A stretch of DNA of 64,000 bases from an uncultured delta proteobacterium (lineage in GTDB: Bacteria; Desulfobacterota; Desulfomonilia; UBA1062), in NCBI GenBank assembly GCA_963785235.1, contig CAWAUM010000001.1:512001-576000 (forward strand). The letters run 5' to 3'. This document shows positions 30,436-39,496 of the stretch, piece after piece. How positions within the stretch are numbered: the stretch's first letter is position 1; the number at the start of each line of letters is the position of its first letter. Position numbers and translations under genes: made by a program. Under the pieces are notes generated by a model that worked only from the letters and a program-made list of their open reading frames with translations, was not told the origin of the DNA and ran no database searches.

Positions 30436-31584
30436 CTATCTCTTGCCCAGGATGTTCCTTGCAACGACCACCCTCATGATCTCGTTGGTGCCTTCATATA
30501 TCTGGGTGATCTTGGCGTCACGCATGAGGCGTTCCATGGGGTATTCGGACACATAGCCGTAGCCGCCCAGGATCTGAACGCCCTCGACCGTTGCCCACAT
30601 GGCCACGTCGGACGCATACATCTTGGCCATTGCAGCCTCTTTTTCAAAGTGCATGTGGTTGCTCTCCAGGTATGCAGCCCGCAGGATCAGCAGTTCGGCT
30701 GCATCAATGCGCGTAGCCATGTCGGCCATCTTGAACTGGATAGCCTGGAATTCACTGATGGGCTTGCCGAACTGAACGCGCTCCTTGGAGTATTTGATGG
30801 ATTCTTCAAGGCAGCTTTTCGCGATGCCCAATGCCTGCGATGCGATTCCGATGCGGCCTGAATCCAGCGTGGTGAGCATCTGCCTGAATCCCGAGCCCGG
30901 GTCCCCCAGGATGGCATCCTTTGGGATGCGGGCGTCCTGGAACACGAGCTCGGATGTACCTGAGCCCCTGATGCCCATCTTGTCTTCAACCTTGCCCACC
31001 GAGAAGCCCTCGGTCTCCTCCAGGTCCATAACGAACTGGGTGATGCCCTTATATCCTTTGGTCTTGTCGGTGACGGCCGCGATGACCGCATACTTGGCTA
31101 TGTTGCCGTTGGTGATGAACTTCTTCTCGCCGTTGATGATCCATTGGTTGCCGTCAAGCACTGCGGTTGTCTTCATGCCTGCCGGGTCTGAACCCGCATT
31201 GGCCTCGGTGAGCCCATAGCAGCCATGTGCAGCCCCTGAGGCCACGGGGGTGTTGAACTTCTTGCGCTGTTCCTCGGTGCCGAAGGTATAGACCGGGAAG
31301 CCATAGAGCGAGTTGTTCACTGACATGATCACGCCTGTGCTGGCGCAGCCCCTGGATATCTCGGTGAGGATGAGGGCATAGGCCATATAATCCATGCCCG
31401 CTCCGCCATATTCGCCCGGGATGGCGACGCCCATGAAACCGTTTTCGGCCATTTTTTTGAGCACGTTGTCGTTATGCTTGTGGTCCTGGTCGATCTGGGC
31501 GGCTATGGGCTTAAGCTCCTGATCTGAGAACCTCCTGGCCATGTCCTGTACCATTTTTTGCTCTTCGCTCAGTGAAAAATCCAT
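30436..31584 (-). CDS. Acyl-CoA dehydrogenase (short/branched-chain type)
   Basis: MDFSLSEEQ start with AGGAGG RBS; YGGAG.D, LTEANAGSD, NGEKKFITN, KMGIRGS.T, GRIGIA, RVQFGKPI..FQ, GGYGY..EYP.ER..RDAKITQIYEGTNEI. Confidence 0.95.
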   Translation of the reverse strand: MDFSLSEEQKMVQDMARRFSDQELKPIAAQIDQDHKHNDNVLKKMAENGFMGVAIPGEYGGAGMDYMAYALILTEISRGCASTGVIMSVNNSLYGFPVYTFGTEEQRKKFNTPVASGAAHGCYGLTEANAGSDPAGMKTTAVLDGNQWIINGEKKFITNGNIAKYAVIAAVTDKTKGYKGITQFVMDLEETEGFSVGKVEDKMGIRGSGTSELVFQDARIPKDAILGDPGSGFRQMLTTLDSGRIGIASQALGIAKSCLEESIKYSKERVQFGKPISEFQAIQFKMADMATRIDAAELLILRAAYLESNHMHFEKEAAMAKMYASDVAMWATVEGVQILGGYGYVSEYPMERLMRDAKITQIYEGTNEIMRVVVARNILGKR

Positions 31585-31666
31585 ATGGCTCCTCCTAATG
31601 TGGGTGTCTCGCTCTTGAGCATCCTTGTGTTCCTGTAAATATTCATGATGACGATTTTCTATAAAG

Positions 31667-31712
31667 ATGAATGAGCATTCATTTATATACCCTTGATAAT
31701 ACTTTCTGTCAA
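31667..31712 (-). promoter_or_regulatory. sigma70 promoter plus palindromic (TetR-like) operator for the acyl-CoA dehydrogenase
   Basis: Minus strand TTGACA-17 nt-TATATA immediately followed by ATGAATG-CT-CATTCAT. Confidence 0.6.
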
Positions 31713-31828
31713 TGAGCGCCCGGGGAGATCTGTCTTGGTTTTTTCTGGAGAACAATAGCCTTTACTGAAGGTGTCATTCACTGGTATATAGAACCCTCTA
31801 TCAACCAAGGTAAGGGGGATTTTCTGCT

Positions 31829-32911
31829 ATGAGGAATGTGTTTATATTCAACGCAGGACCTTCGGTTCTGCCCGAACCCGTACTGGAGAGCACGAGCAAG
31901 GCGATCTTGAATTTTGCCGGAACCGGCATGTCAATAATGGAAGTATCTCACCGTTCAAAGCAGTTCGATGCACTGCTCATTGAGACAGTGGATCTTCTTA
32001 AAAAGGTTATGCATATCCCTGACAACTACAAGGTCCTTTTCCTGCAGGGCGGCGCGACCATGCAGTTTGCCATGATACCCATCAATCTGCTGCCTCCTGA
32101 TAAGGTTGCCGATTACATCGACACCGGCTACTTCGCCTCCCGGGCCATCAAGGAAGCCAAGTGCATCGGCAAGGTGAATGTCGCTGGATCCACCAAGGAC
32201 CTGAGCTATACGAGGCTGCCCAACGTGGACGAGATCAAGCTCACCAAGGACGCAGCATACTGCCACATTACGTCGAACAACACCATCTACGGCACCCAGT
32301 GGCAGACTTTCCCGGATACGGGCAATGTGCCGCTGGTTGCGGATATGTCTTCCGACATCATGTCCCGGAAGATCGATGTGTCGAAATTCGGACTTATCTA
32401 TGCGGGCGCACAGAAGAACATGGGGCCTGCCGGCGTCACCTGTGTCATCATCCGGGAAGACCTCGTGGGCAAGGCGCCAGCCAACACATCTGCCATGCTT
32501 GACTATAAACTCCATGTTGATAACAACTCCTGCTTCAACACGTGCCCCGTCACCGCCATCTTTGTGGTGCACGAGGTATTGAAGTGGCTTGATGACATGG
32601 GTGGAGTTGAGGAGATGGAGAAACTCAACAACAAGAAGGCGGCCTTGATCTATGATATTCTCGATAAAAGCACCTTCTATAAGGGCAGTGTGGAGAAGGG
32701 ATCACGCTCCAAGATGAACATCCCCTTCAAGCTTCCCACTGAAGAGCTCGATAATGAATTCATCTCTCTGGGCTCCAAGAAAGGCTTCATCGGCCTTAAG
32801 GGCCACCGGGCCGTGGGAGGTATCAGGGTGTCCACATACAATGCCATGCCGCTCGAAGGTGTAGAAAAACTGACTGACTTCATGAAGGAGTTCGAGAAGA
32901 GCAAGGTATAA
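31829..32911 (+). CDS. serC: 3-phosphoserine/phosphohydroxythreonine aminotransferase
   Basis: FNAGPS.LP, MEVSHRS, LFLQGGA..QF, SNNTIYGTQ, DMSS, YAGAQKNMGPAG, GHRAVGGIR.S.YNA. Confidence 0.96.
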   Translation: MRNVFIFNAGPSVLPEPVLESTSKAILNFAGTGMSIMEVSHRSKQFDALLIETVDLLKKVMHIPDNYKVLFLQGGATMQFAMIPINLLPPDKVADYIDTGYFASRAIKEAKCIGKVNVAGSTKDLSYTRLPNVDEIKLTKDAAYCHITSNNTIYGTQWQTFPDTGNVPLVADMSSDIMSRKIDVSKFGLIYAGAQKNMGPAGVTCVIIREDLVGKAPANTSAMLDYKLHVDNNSCFNTCPVTAIFVVHEVLKWLDDMGGVEEMEKLNNKKAALIYDILDKSTFYKGSVEKGSRSKMNIPFKLPTEELDNEFISLGSKKGFIGLKGHRAVGGIRVSTYNAMPLEGVEKLTDFMKEFEKSKV

Positions 32912-32931
32912 TTATTTTAAGAAGTGATTCC

Positions 32932-32962
32932 GGTGCAGGCACTGAAAGGGCCTGCACCTTTT
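32932..32962 (+). terminator. Rho-independent terminator after serC
   Basis: GGTGCAGGC-loop-GCCTGCACC-TTTT. Confidence 0.75.
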
Positions 32963-33050
32963 CCATTTAATTTGAAATTAATTCAATGAGCATATCATGC
33001 TCCATGGTCCTATAGAGGCACTTGTGCTGATTTTTTTCAAAGGAGAGTTT

Positions 33051-33923
33051 ATGGCATTGAGGATGTCACACCCATCGGCAATACTCGTGGTTTGTCTCCT
33101 GCTCACAGCCGGATGTAACCAGAAGGCCTTTATGGTCAAGTCCATGGACCCCATCATGGATGATATGAAAATAGCCGTGAACAGGAACACGGATGTCGAT
33201 CTGATGAAAGAGGCAATACCGGCAAGCCTCATCCAGCTTGATGGATTCATTGTAGCAGCACCGAATGAAAAGCTGATTCTGCGTGGGGCAGAGGCCTACT
33301 TCGGTTATGCAAATGCCTTTGTGGAGGATACGGATAAGAAGCGTGCAAGTCTCCTCTACCTCAAGGCCAGAGAATATGGGCTGAGGGTCCTGAAGGAAAA
33401 TGGTGATTTCGCCAAGGCCCTCGACGGACCTGAACCGGCCTTCAAGGAGGTGCTGAAAGATTTCGGGGCAGGCGACGTGCCTGCACTTTTCTGGACCGCC
33501 AACAGCTGGCTCGCCTGGATCGGGATCAATCCGGCCGACCCGCAGGCCCTGATGGATCTTCCTAAAGCTGTCGACATGCTGGACAGGGTCATCGAACTGG
33601 ACGAAAGGTTCTACTTCGGGAGCGCCCACGCAGCGCTTGGTGCTTACTATGCCTCTTTGCCCAAGATGATGGGAGATAAGACGCCAATAGCAAAGCAGCA
33701 TTTTGATAAGGCCTTTGAAATATCAGGCGGCAAGTTTCTGTTCATGTATTACCTGTATGCCAAGTTTTATGCATACCAGACCCAGGACCGTGACCTGTTC
33801 GTCAAGACCCTGGAGATGATCATGGCTACGCCGAGCGATAAATATCCGGAAATGGCCTTTGCCAATGAGGTGGCCAAGAGGAAGGCGAAGTTCCTCCTGG
33901 ACAATATAGATACCTATTTCTAA
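33051..33923 (+). CDS. TatT-family lipoprotein (T component of a TPR-associated TRAP transporter)
   Basis: Lipobox LTAGC; D.DL.KEAIPA.L..LDG, Y.KA..YG, LFW.A..W, LDE.F..G.AH, N..AK.KA..LL; precedes dctPQM. Confidence 0.85.
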   Translation: MALRMSHPSAILVVCLLLTAGCNQKAFMVKSMDPIMDDMKIAVNRNTDVDLMKEAIPASLIQLDGFIVAAPNEKLILRGAEAYFGYANAFVEDTDKKRASLLYLKAREYGLRVLKENGDFAKALDGPEPAFKEVLKDFGAGDVPALFWTANSWLAWIGINPADPQALMDLPKAVDMLDRVIELDERFYFGSAHAALGAYYASLPKMMGDKTPIAKQHFDKAFEISGGKFLFMYYLYAKFYAYQTQDRDLFVKTLEMIMATPSDKYPEMAFANEVAKRKAKFLLDNIDTYF

Positions 33924-33951
33924 GCAGGTGTATCAAAGGGGAGGGGCATCA

Positions 33952-35008
33952 ATGATGAAGCATTGTGGAGTAGTTCTTGCAACTGTCGCGATTTTCTTTG
34001 TATCTGCGGGGCTTAGGTCTTGCTGCAGCGCCAGAGCCGAAGGTGATCATCAAGATGGCATCCATTGCACCCAAGGGCAGCAATCTTGCAAATTTCTTTG
34101 ACGACATCGGTAAACAAATCAGAGAAAAAACGAACAATGAAGTCGGCTTCAAGATGTACTGGGGCGGCGTTCAGGGTGATGAGAAGGACATGCTCCGGAA
34201 GATTAAGCTCGGCCAGCTTCACGGCGGTGGATTTATGGGTCCTGGTCTGGGCCTTGTTGTCTCCGAGGTGAGGATAACGGAGATCCCCTATATGTTCAGG
34301 AATTTTGAAGAGGTAGGTTATGTAAGGTCCAAACTGCAGCCCTACATGGAGAAACAATTCGAAGAAAAAGGGTTCAAGGTCCTCGGGTGGATGGATCTCG
34401 GGTTCATACACACCTTTTCAAAAGAGCCGCTGGTTTCACTGGAGGTTGCCCGGAGACAGAAATGGTGGACCATGGAGGGTGAGCCCATCGGACAGGCCAT
34501 GTTCCAGGCCCTGAACATATCACCCGTATCCCTTTCCATATCCGATGTGGCGACCTCGTTATCCACGAACATGATCGACTGCGCAAGCTCCACACCGTTC
34601 GGTGCCGTGGCCTTCCAGTGGTCTTCACGTTTCAAGTACATGTCGGGCTATCCGACCGGAAGCATCCTTGGTGCTACGATCATCAGCAAGACTGTGTGGG
34701 ACAAGATATCGCCTGCCAGCCAGAAGATCATGATGGATATCGCCCTGAAGGAGCACGACAGGCTTTTCAGGCTCACCAGGCAGGATAATGTCAGGTCTTT
34801 AGCCCTCCTGAAGAAGGCAGGGATCATCATCGTCCCTTATGATCCAAAGAACAAGGACATGCAGTTCGTCTTTGAGACCTCAAAAAAAGTCAGGGAGACA
34901 CTGGTGGGCAAGCTCTATTCAAGGGAGTTACTGAACAAGACCCTGGGGCTTATTGATGAATACCGCCGCACCCATCCCAATGACACATATGTTATGCAGG
35001 TGGAATAA
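33952..35008 (+). CDS. dctP: TRAP transporter substrate-binding protein DctP/TatP (apparent frameshift near 34013 separates the signal peptide)
   Basis: IKMASIAPKGS, YWGGVQGDEKDMLRKI..GQL; signal peptide MMKHCGVVLATVAIFF in another frame behind a GGAGG RBS. Confidence 0.88.
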
Positions 35009-35016
35009 GAACTCCC

Positions 35017-35580
35017 ATGCGTTGCCCATTGTGCGGATTTGAACTGGCAGGTGATGCTGTTGAAAAATGCCCGGAATGCGGGTGGTGTAGCAAGGCGCCA
35101 TCCCGGCTGTTCAATGCCATTGCCCGGGTGGAAGACGCGGTTATCTCGGTTGTGCTCCTGAGCATGATTCTGCTTGTGCTTGTGCAGATCGGGCTGCGAA
35201 ACTTTTGTTCTACAGGGATGTCGGGCGGTGCCGAGATCGTGAGGCATATGCTGCTCTGGGTTGCATTCTTAGGCGCCGCCATAGCAGCCCGTGAGGGAAA
35301 ACATATCAGGATAGACCTGGCCCAGCGCATCCTTACGCAGGGACCAAAAAATGTTGTAGAGGTCATCACAAGCCTTTTCACCGCCATTGTCTGCGTGTTG
35401 CTCTTCTATGCTTCCATCCAGTTCATCCGCAACGAGTATGAGATGGGAACGATTATCCCCTTTTTCAACTTGAAGGTCTGGGTGCTCGAACTGGTTATCC
35501 CGCTGGGTTACTGCGCGGTCACACTGCGCTATCTGGCGCGGTGCGCACAATCTTTTATGCAGCTTGTGAAGGGGATATAA
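35017..35580 (+). CDS. dctQ: TRAP transporter small permease DctQ with N-terminal CxxC-CxxC extension
   Basis: QI.LRN, EI.RH..LWV.FLGA.IA.REG.HIRID; four TM; N-terminus MRCPLCG...KCPECG. Confidence 0.9.
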   Translation: MRCPLCGFELAGDAVEKCPECGWCSKAPSRLFNAIARVEDAVISVVLLSMILLVLVQIGLRNFCSTGMSGGAEIVRHMLLWVAFLGAAIAAREGKHIRIDLAQRILTQGPKNVVEVITSLFTAIVCVLLFYASIQFIRNEYEMGTIIPFFNLKVWVLELVIPLGYCAVTLRYLARCAQSFMQLVKGI

Positions 35581-35584
35581 GGCA

Positions 35585-36862
35585 ATGACCACAATGCTCA
35601 TTATCCTCATTACAGTCATGGTATTCTTAGGCGCCCCCATGTTTGCCGTCCTGGCGGCCTTCGGGATGCTCGGATTCTATCTTTCCGATATCCAGATCGC
35701 TGCCCTGATCGTCGATATATACAGCCACTTCTCAAACAATCCGGTGCTCTACACCATACCCATTTTCACCTTTGCCGGGTTTGTCCTGGCAGAGAGCAAG
35801 GCATCAGTGCGTATTGTCAATTTTTCACAGGCAATCCTGGGCTGGCTCCCGGGCGGCCTGGCAATCGTATCGCTCGTCGCATGCGCCTTCTTCACCACCT
35901 TTACCGGCGCCTCGGGTGTCACCATTATCGCGCTAGGCGGATTGCTCTATCCGGCCCTCATGAAAGGGAACTATTCCGATAATTTCAGTCTCGGACTGCT
36001 CACCACCTCCGGCAGCCTCGGGCTCCTGTTTTTCCCGAGCCTTCCCATCATCATTTACGGGGTCGTGGCCGGCACCAGCATTACCCAGCTCTTTGCAGCG
36101 GGCATCATCCCCGGGATCTTTCTGATGATCGTCCTGTCGCTCTACAGCATTTTATTCGCCGTGCGGTCAAAGGCAGGCAGGCACAAGACATCCCTCAAAG
36201 AGATCATCGAGACGACCCGGGCAGCCAAGTGGGAGCTCTTCATCCCCATAATCCTCATGGTGGGTATTTTCGGCGGATATGTGACACTGGGAGAGATCGC
36301 CTCCATTATGGTGGCATATGTGTTTATCGTGGAGGTGCTCATCCATAAGGACATCCGTATCACGTTGTTTCCCGCCATCATCAGGGAGAGTATGGTCCTG
36401 GTCGGCGCAATTTTCATCATATTGGGCTCAGCGCTGGCGCTGACCACCTACATGGTTGATGCCGAGATCCCCATGAAGATCCTGGAAGTGATCCAGGCGC
36501 ATATAACCTCCAAGGTGGTATTCCTGATTGCGCTCAATATTTTTCTGCTCTTTGCGGGCAGCCTCATGGAGATCTATGGCGCACTTATCGTGGTGGTGCC
36601 GCTCATTGTTCCCATTGCCAAGGAGTATGGTATCAGCCCTGTACACCTGGGCATCATCTTCCTGGCAAACCTTGAAATCGGCTACTCCATGCCGCCCGTG
36701 GGCCTGAATCTCATCATCTCCTGCATCAGGTTCGAAAAGCCTGTGATACAGCTCTACCGGGCGTGTTTTCCCTTTATCATCATTATGATCCTTGCCCTGA
36801 TGGTGATAACATATTGTCCGTGGATGAGCCTGGCGCTCATAGAGCGCTTCGGGATAAAATGA
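35585..36862 (+). CDS. dctM: TRAP transporter large permease DctM
   Basis: IPIFTFAG, PGGLA, FTGASG, SGSLGLLFFPSLP, LF.AG.IPG, GISPVHLGII...LEIG...PPVG.NL. Confidence 0.94.
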   Translation: MTTMLIILITVMVFLGAPMFAVLAAFGMLGFYLSDIQIAALIVDIYSHFSNNPVLYTIPIFTFAGFVLAESKASVRIVNFSQAILGWLPGGLAIVSLVACAFFTTFTGASGVTIIALGGLLYPALMKGNYSDNFSLGLLTTSGSLGLLFFPSLPIIIYGVVAGTSITQLFAAGIIPGIFLMIVLSLYSILFAVRSKAGRHKTSLKEIIETTRAAKWELFIPIILMVGIFGGYVTLGEIASIMVAYVFIVEVLIHKDIRITLFPAIIRESMVLVGAIFIILGSALALTTYMVDAEIPMKILEVIQAHITSKVVFLIALNIFLLFAGSLMEIYGALIVVVPLIVPIAKEYGISPVHLGIIFLANLEIGYSMPPVGLNLIISCIRFEKPVIQLYRACFPFIIIMILALMVITYCPWMSLALIERFGIK

Positions 36863-36903
36863 GGGAGAGACCGATAGCCGTCTCGGTGGTGTTTTTTATA
36901 ACC

Positions 36904-37030
36904 CCGGACTGTGCGTTTAAGATGAGTAAAAGCCTGATCCGTTAAAAGCCTCCATCTTGCAGCCTTTGTGGAACGTTGATTATATCGGTCCTTCCAGGCT
37001 GCAAGATGGAGGCTTTTAACGGACCTATTT
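36904..37030 (+). repeat. Long-hairpin repeat element, copy 3 (loop inverted)
   Basis: Perfect 28-bp arms 36938-36965 / 36996-37023; reverse complement of the loop is GGAAGGACCGATATAATCAACGTTCCACAA, matching the copy-2 loop; left flank in the same orientation as copies 1 and 2. Confidence 0.85.
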
Positions 37031-37072
37031 TTTTAAAAGCAATTCCATAGTCACTATGAATGCCCTGCCCTG

Positions 37073-37510
37073 TCAGCTGATATCCAGGACCTCGATATCA
37101 AAGGTAAGCTCCTTGCCTGCAAGGGGGTGGTTGGCGTCCAGGGTGACGGTTTCTTCATTCACCGAGGCAACCACGACAGGGATCTCGTCTCCATTTTCAT
37201 CAACCAGCTTGAGCGTCATTCCCGCCTCCGGGATAATGTCTTCGGGAAAAGAATCAACGGGCATGTCCACAACGAGATCGTCCTTGTACGGTCCGTAGCC
37301 CTGCTCGGGCGCTATGGTGAAGGTCTTGAGCTCGCCCACGGCCATTCCTGTGGCAGCCTCTTCGAACCCCTGGATTACCTCGCCTGAACCGATCATAAAG
37401 ACAAGAGGCTCCCCTCCGACAGAGGTATCAAACTCAAAGCCGTCTTCCAGTCTACCCCGGTAATGTACCTTTACCGTGTCGCCCTGCTGGGCGGTTTTGT
37501 TGATTATCAT
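37073..37510 (-). CDS. FKBP-type peptidyl-prolyl cis-trans isomerase (SlyD/FkpB-like)
   Basis: GDTVKVHY.G.LEDG..FD, GFEEA..GM.VGE, PEQGYG, LDANHPLAGK.L.FDI. Confidence 0.93.
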   Translation of the reverse strand: MIINKTAQQGDTVKVHYRGRLEDGFEFDTSVGGEPLVFMIGSGEVIQGFEEAATGMAVGELKTFTIAPEQGYGPYKDDLVVDMPVDSFPEDIIPEAGMTLKLVDENGDEIPVVVASVNEETVTLDANHPLAGKELTFDIEVLDIS

Positions 37511-37677
37511 TGTCCGACCCCTTTCGTTATGAATACAGATCACGTCAAGCTACCAGATTCCATCTTGCGGGGCAAAATAAAAAACAGCATATTGACGGCC
37601 CCATGTTCTCCTTGGCCTTCAGGGTGCAGGCATGTATAATGAACCCTGCTTCATTAGAACAGTGGAGGTATGGTGTA

Positions 37678-38391
37678 ATGCCATTAATGGAATATGTCCT
37701 TGAAGATCGTGTTGCCGTCCTTACCATGAACAACGGTGAGAACCGGTTCAACATGACGTTCATCCATGAGTTTCTCAGGGTGCTCGATGAGATTGAGTTA
37801 AATACCCATGCGGACGCATTGGTGGTGAGGTCTGCCCATGACAAGATTTTCTGCAACGGAATAGACCTCGACTGGCTTATGCCTGTTGCCCAGGCAGGAG
37901 ATAAACAGGGTATAAAGGATTTCTGCTACACCCTGAACAGGCTGCTTCGGAGGATACTCCTGTATCCCATGCCCACCATTGCGGCCATCACCGGGCACGC
38001 ATTTGCAGGAGGGGCCATCATGACCTGCTGTTTCGATTTCCGTTTTATGCGCTCTGACAGGGGCTTTTTCTGCTTTCCTGAAGTGGACCTCGGTATCCCT
38101 TTCTGGCCCGGCATGGTGGCCATGGTCAAAAAGGCCATACCCGCCTACAAGCTCGACGAGATGTTTTACCTGGGGACGAGGCTCACCGGCAGCCAGTGCG
38201 AGGAGCATCGGATTGTGGTCAAGTCATATCCCATGGAGGAACTCATGCCAGCCGTGATAAGCTTTGCAAAGTCGCTCAAGAAAGACCGCCGGTATTACCT
38301 GGCCCAGAAGGAGCGGATGAATGCCTCAATCATCAGGATCATCGATGAAGAGGACCCGGTAGTACTCGATGAGGGGCGGATACAGGTATGA
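37678..38391 (+). CDS. Enoyl-CoA hydratase/isomerase family protein (delta3-delta2 isomerase-like)
   Basis: ENRFN, FCNGIDL, PMPTIAAITGHAFAGG, DFRFM..DRGF.C.PEVDLG. Confidence 0.9.
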   Translation: MPLMEYVLEDRVAVLTMNNGENRFNMTFIHEFLRVLDEIELNTHADALVVRSAHDKIFCNGIDLDWLMPVAQAGDKQGIKDFCYTLNRLLRRILLYPMPTIAAITGHAFAGGAIMTCCFDFRFMRSDRGFFCFPEVDLGIPFWPGMVAMVKKAIPAYKLDEMFYLGTRLTGSQCEEHRIVVKSYPMEELMPAVISFAKSLKKDRRYYLAQKERMNASIIRIIDEEDPVVLDEGRIQV

Positions 38392-39452
38392 AATATCTTT
38401 CCATGTATGCAGGACCCAGGGCAATAAAGCTCATAAGGGAGCAGGGACTCAAGCCCGATATGGTGGATGTAGTGGCCGGGGCTGCCGGCGGCCCCAAATG
38501 GCTCGTGCTGTGCGGGCTCGACAAGGCCATCTTCTCCTCGTGGCTGATGGATCGCACACGACCGGTCCACCTCATGGGATCATCGGTGGGCTCATGGCGG
38601 TTTGCCGCCCTGGCACAGGGCATGGAAGCCTACGGCCGCTTTATTGAGGCTTACTTCTCACAGCAATACAAAACCGTACCGACTGCCCGGATGGTCAGCG
38701 CTGAGATAGGTAAGATCCTGGATGCATACCTCGATGAAGAAGGCATCAAAAGGCTCCTTGCGAACCCTTTTGCAAGACTCAATTGCCTGGCAACCAGGTG
38801 CTCATGGCCGGGCTCTGTGGACGTGAAATTCATGGTGATGCTCTCAATGGTACTGGCAGGGCTCCTGAACCTTGTGAGCCGGAGGCTCTTAAGGCTCTTC
38901 TTCTCCCGCACCCTGTACTACGATGGAAGAGACCTTCCTCCATTTTTTCATATGGAGGGGTTTCCCTTGCAGCAGGTCAAGCTCACAAAGGCCAATGTTC
39001 ACGATGCCGTCCTGGCCTCGGGTTCCATGCCCGTGATCATGGAGGGCATCAAGGACATCCCCGGTTCGGCGCCGGGCATGTACCGGGATGCAGGGATCAT
39101 CGACTATCACCTGGATATACCCTTCAAAAGCGATTCAATTGTTCTTTTTCCCCATTATATGGAACGCATTATCACCGGATGGTTTGACAAGCTGCTCTCC
39201 TGGAGAAGGCCCGCAGCAAAGAACATGGAAAATGTCGTCCTGCTCTGTCCGGGCAAGGCCTTTGTTGATATGCTCCCCGGAAGGAAGATCCCTTCGAGGG
39301 AAGACTTCAGGGAGTACTGGAACCGGGACACCGAGCGTATCGCGTTCTGGGACAAGGTGGTCAAGGCGAGCACAGTGTTGGGGGAGGAGTTTTTAGAGGC
39401 GGTTCACAAAGGCACCTTGGTAAATTACCTCAGGCCGATTGAAGAGCTTTAA
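38388..39452 (+). CDS. Patatin-like phospholipase / alpha-beta hydrolase family protein
   Basis: GAAGGPKW glycine loop, GSSVG nucleophile-like motif, LASGSMP, YRDAG (DGG-like). Confidence 0.8.
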   Translation: MKYLSMYAGPRAIKLIREQGLKPDMVDVVAGAAGGPKWLVLCGLDKAIFSSWLMDRTRPVHLMGSSVGSWRFAALAQGMEAYGRFIEAYFSQQYKTVPTARMVSAEIGKILDAYLDEEGIKRLLANPFARLNCLATRCSWPGSVDVKFMVMLSMVLAGLLNLVSRRLLRLFFSRTLYYDGRDLPPFFHMEGFPLQQVKLTKANVHDAVLASGSMPVIMEGIKDIPGSAPGMYRDAGIIDYHLDIPFKSDSIVLFPHYMERIITGWFDKLLSWRRPAAKNMENVVLLCPGKAFVDMLPGRKIPSREDFREYWNRDTERIAFWDKVVKASTVLGEEFLEAVHKGTLVNYLRPIEEL

Positions 39453-39496
39453 TGGGTGAAGCCTAACCGACTTCAGGGGAAAGGCTTGCCTCTCCC

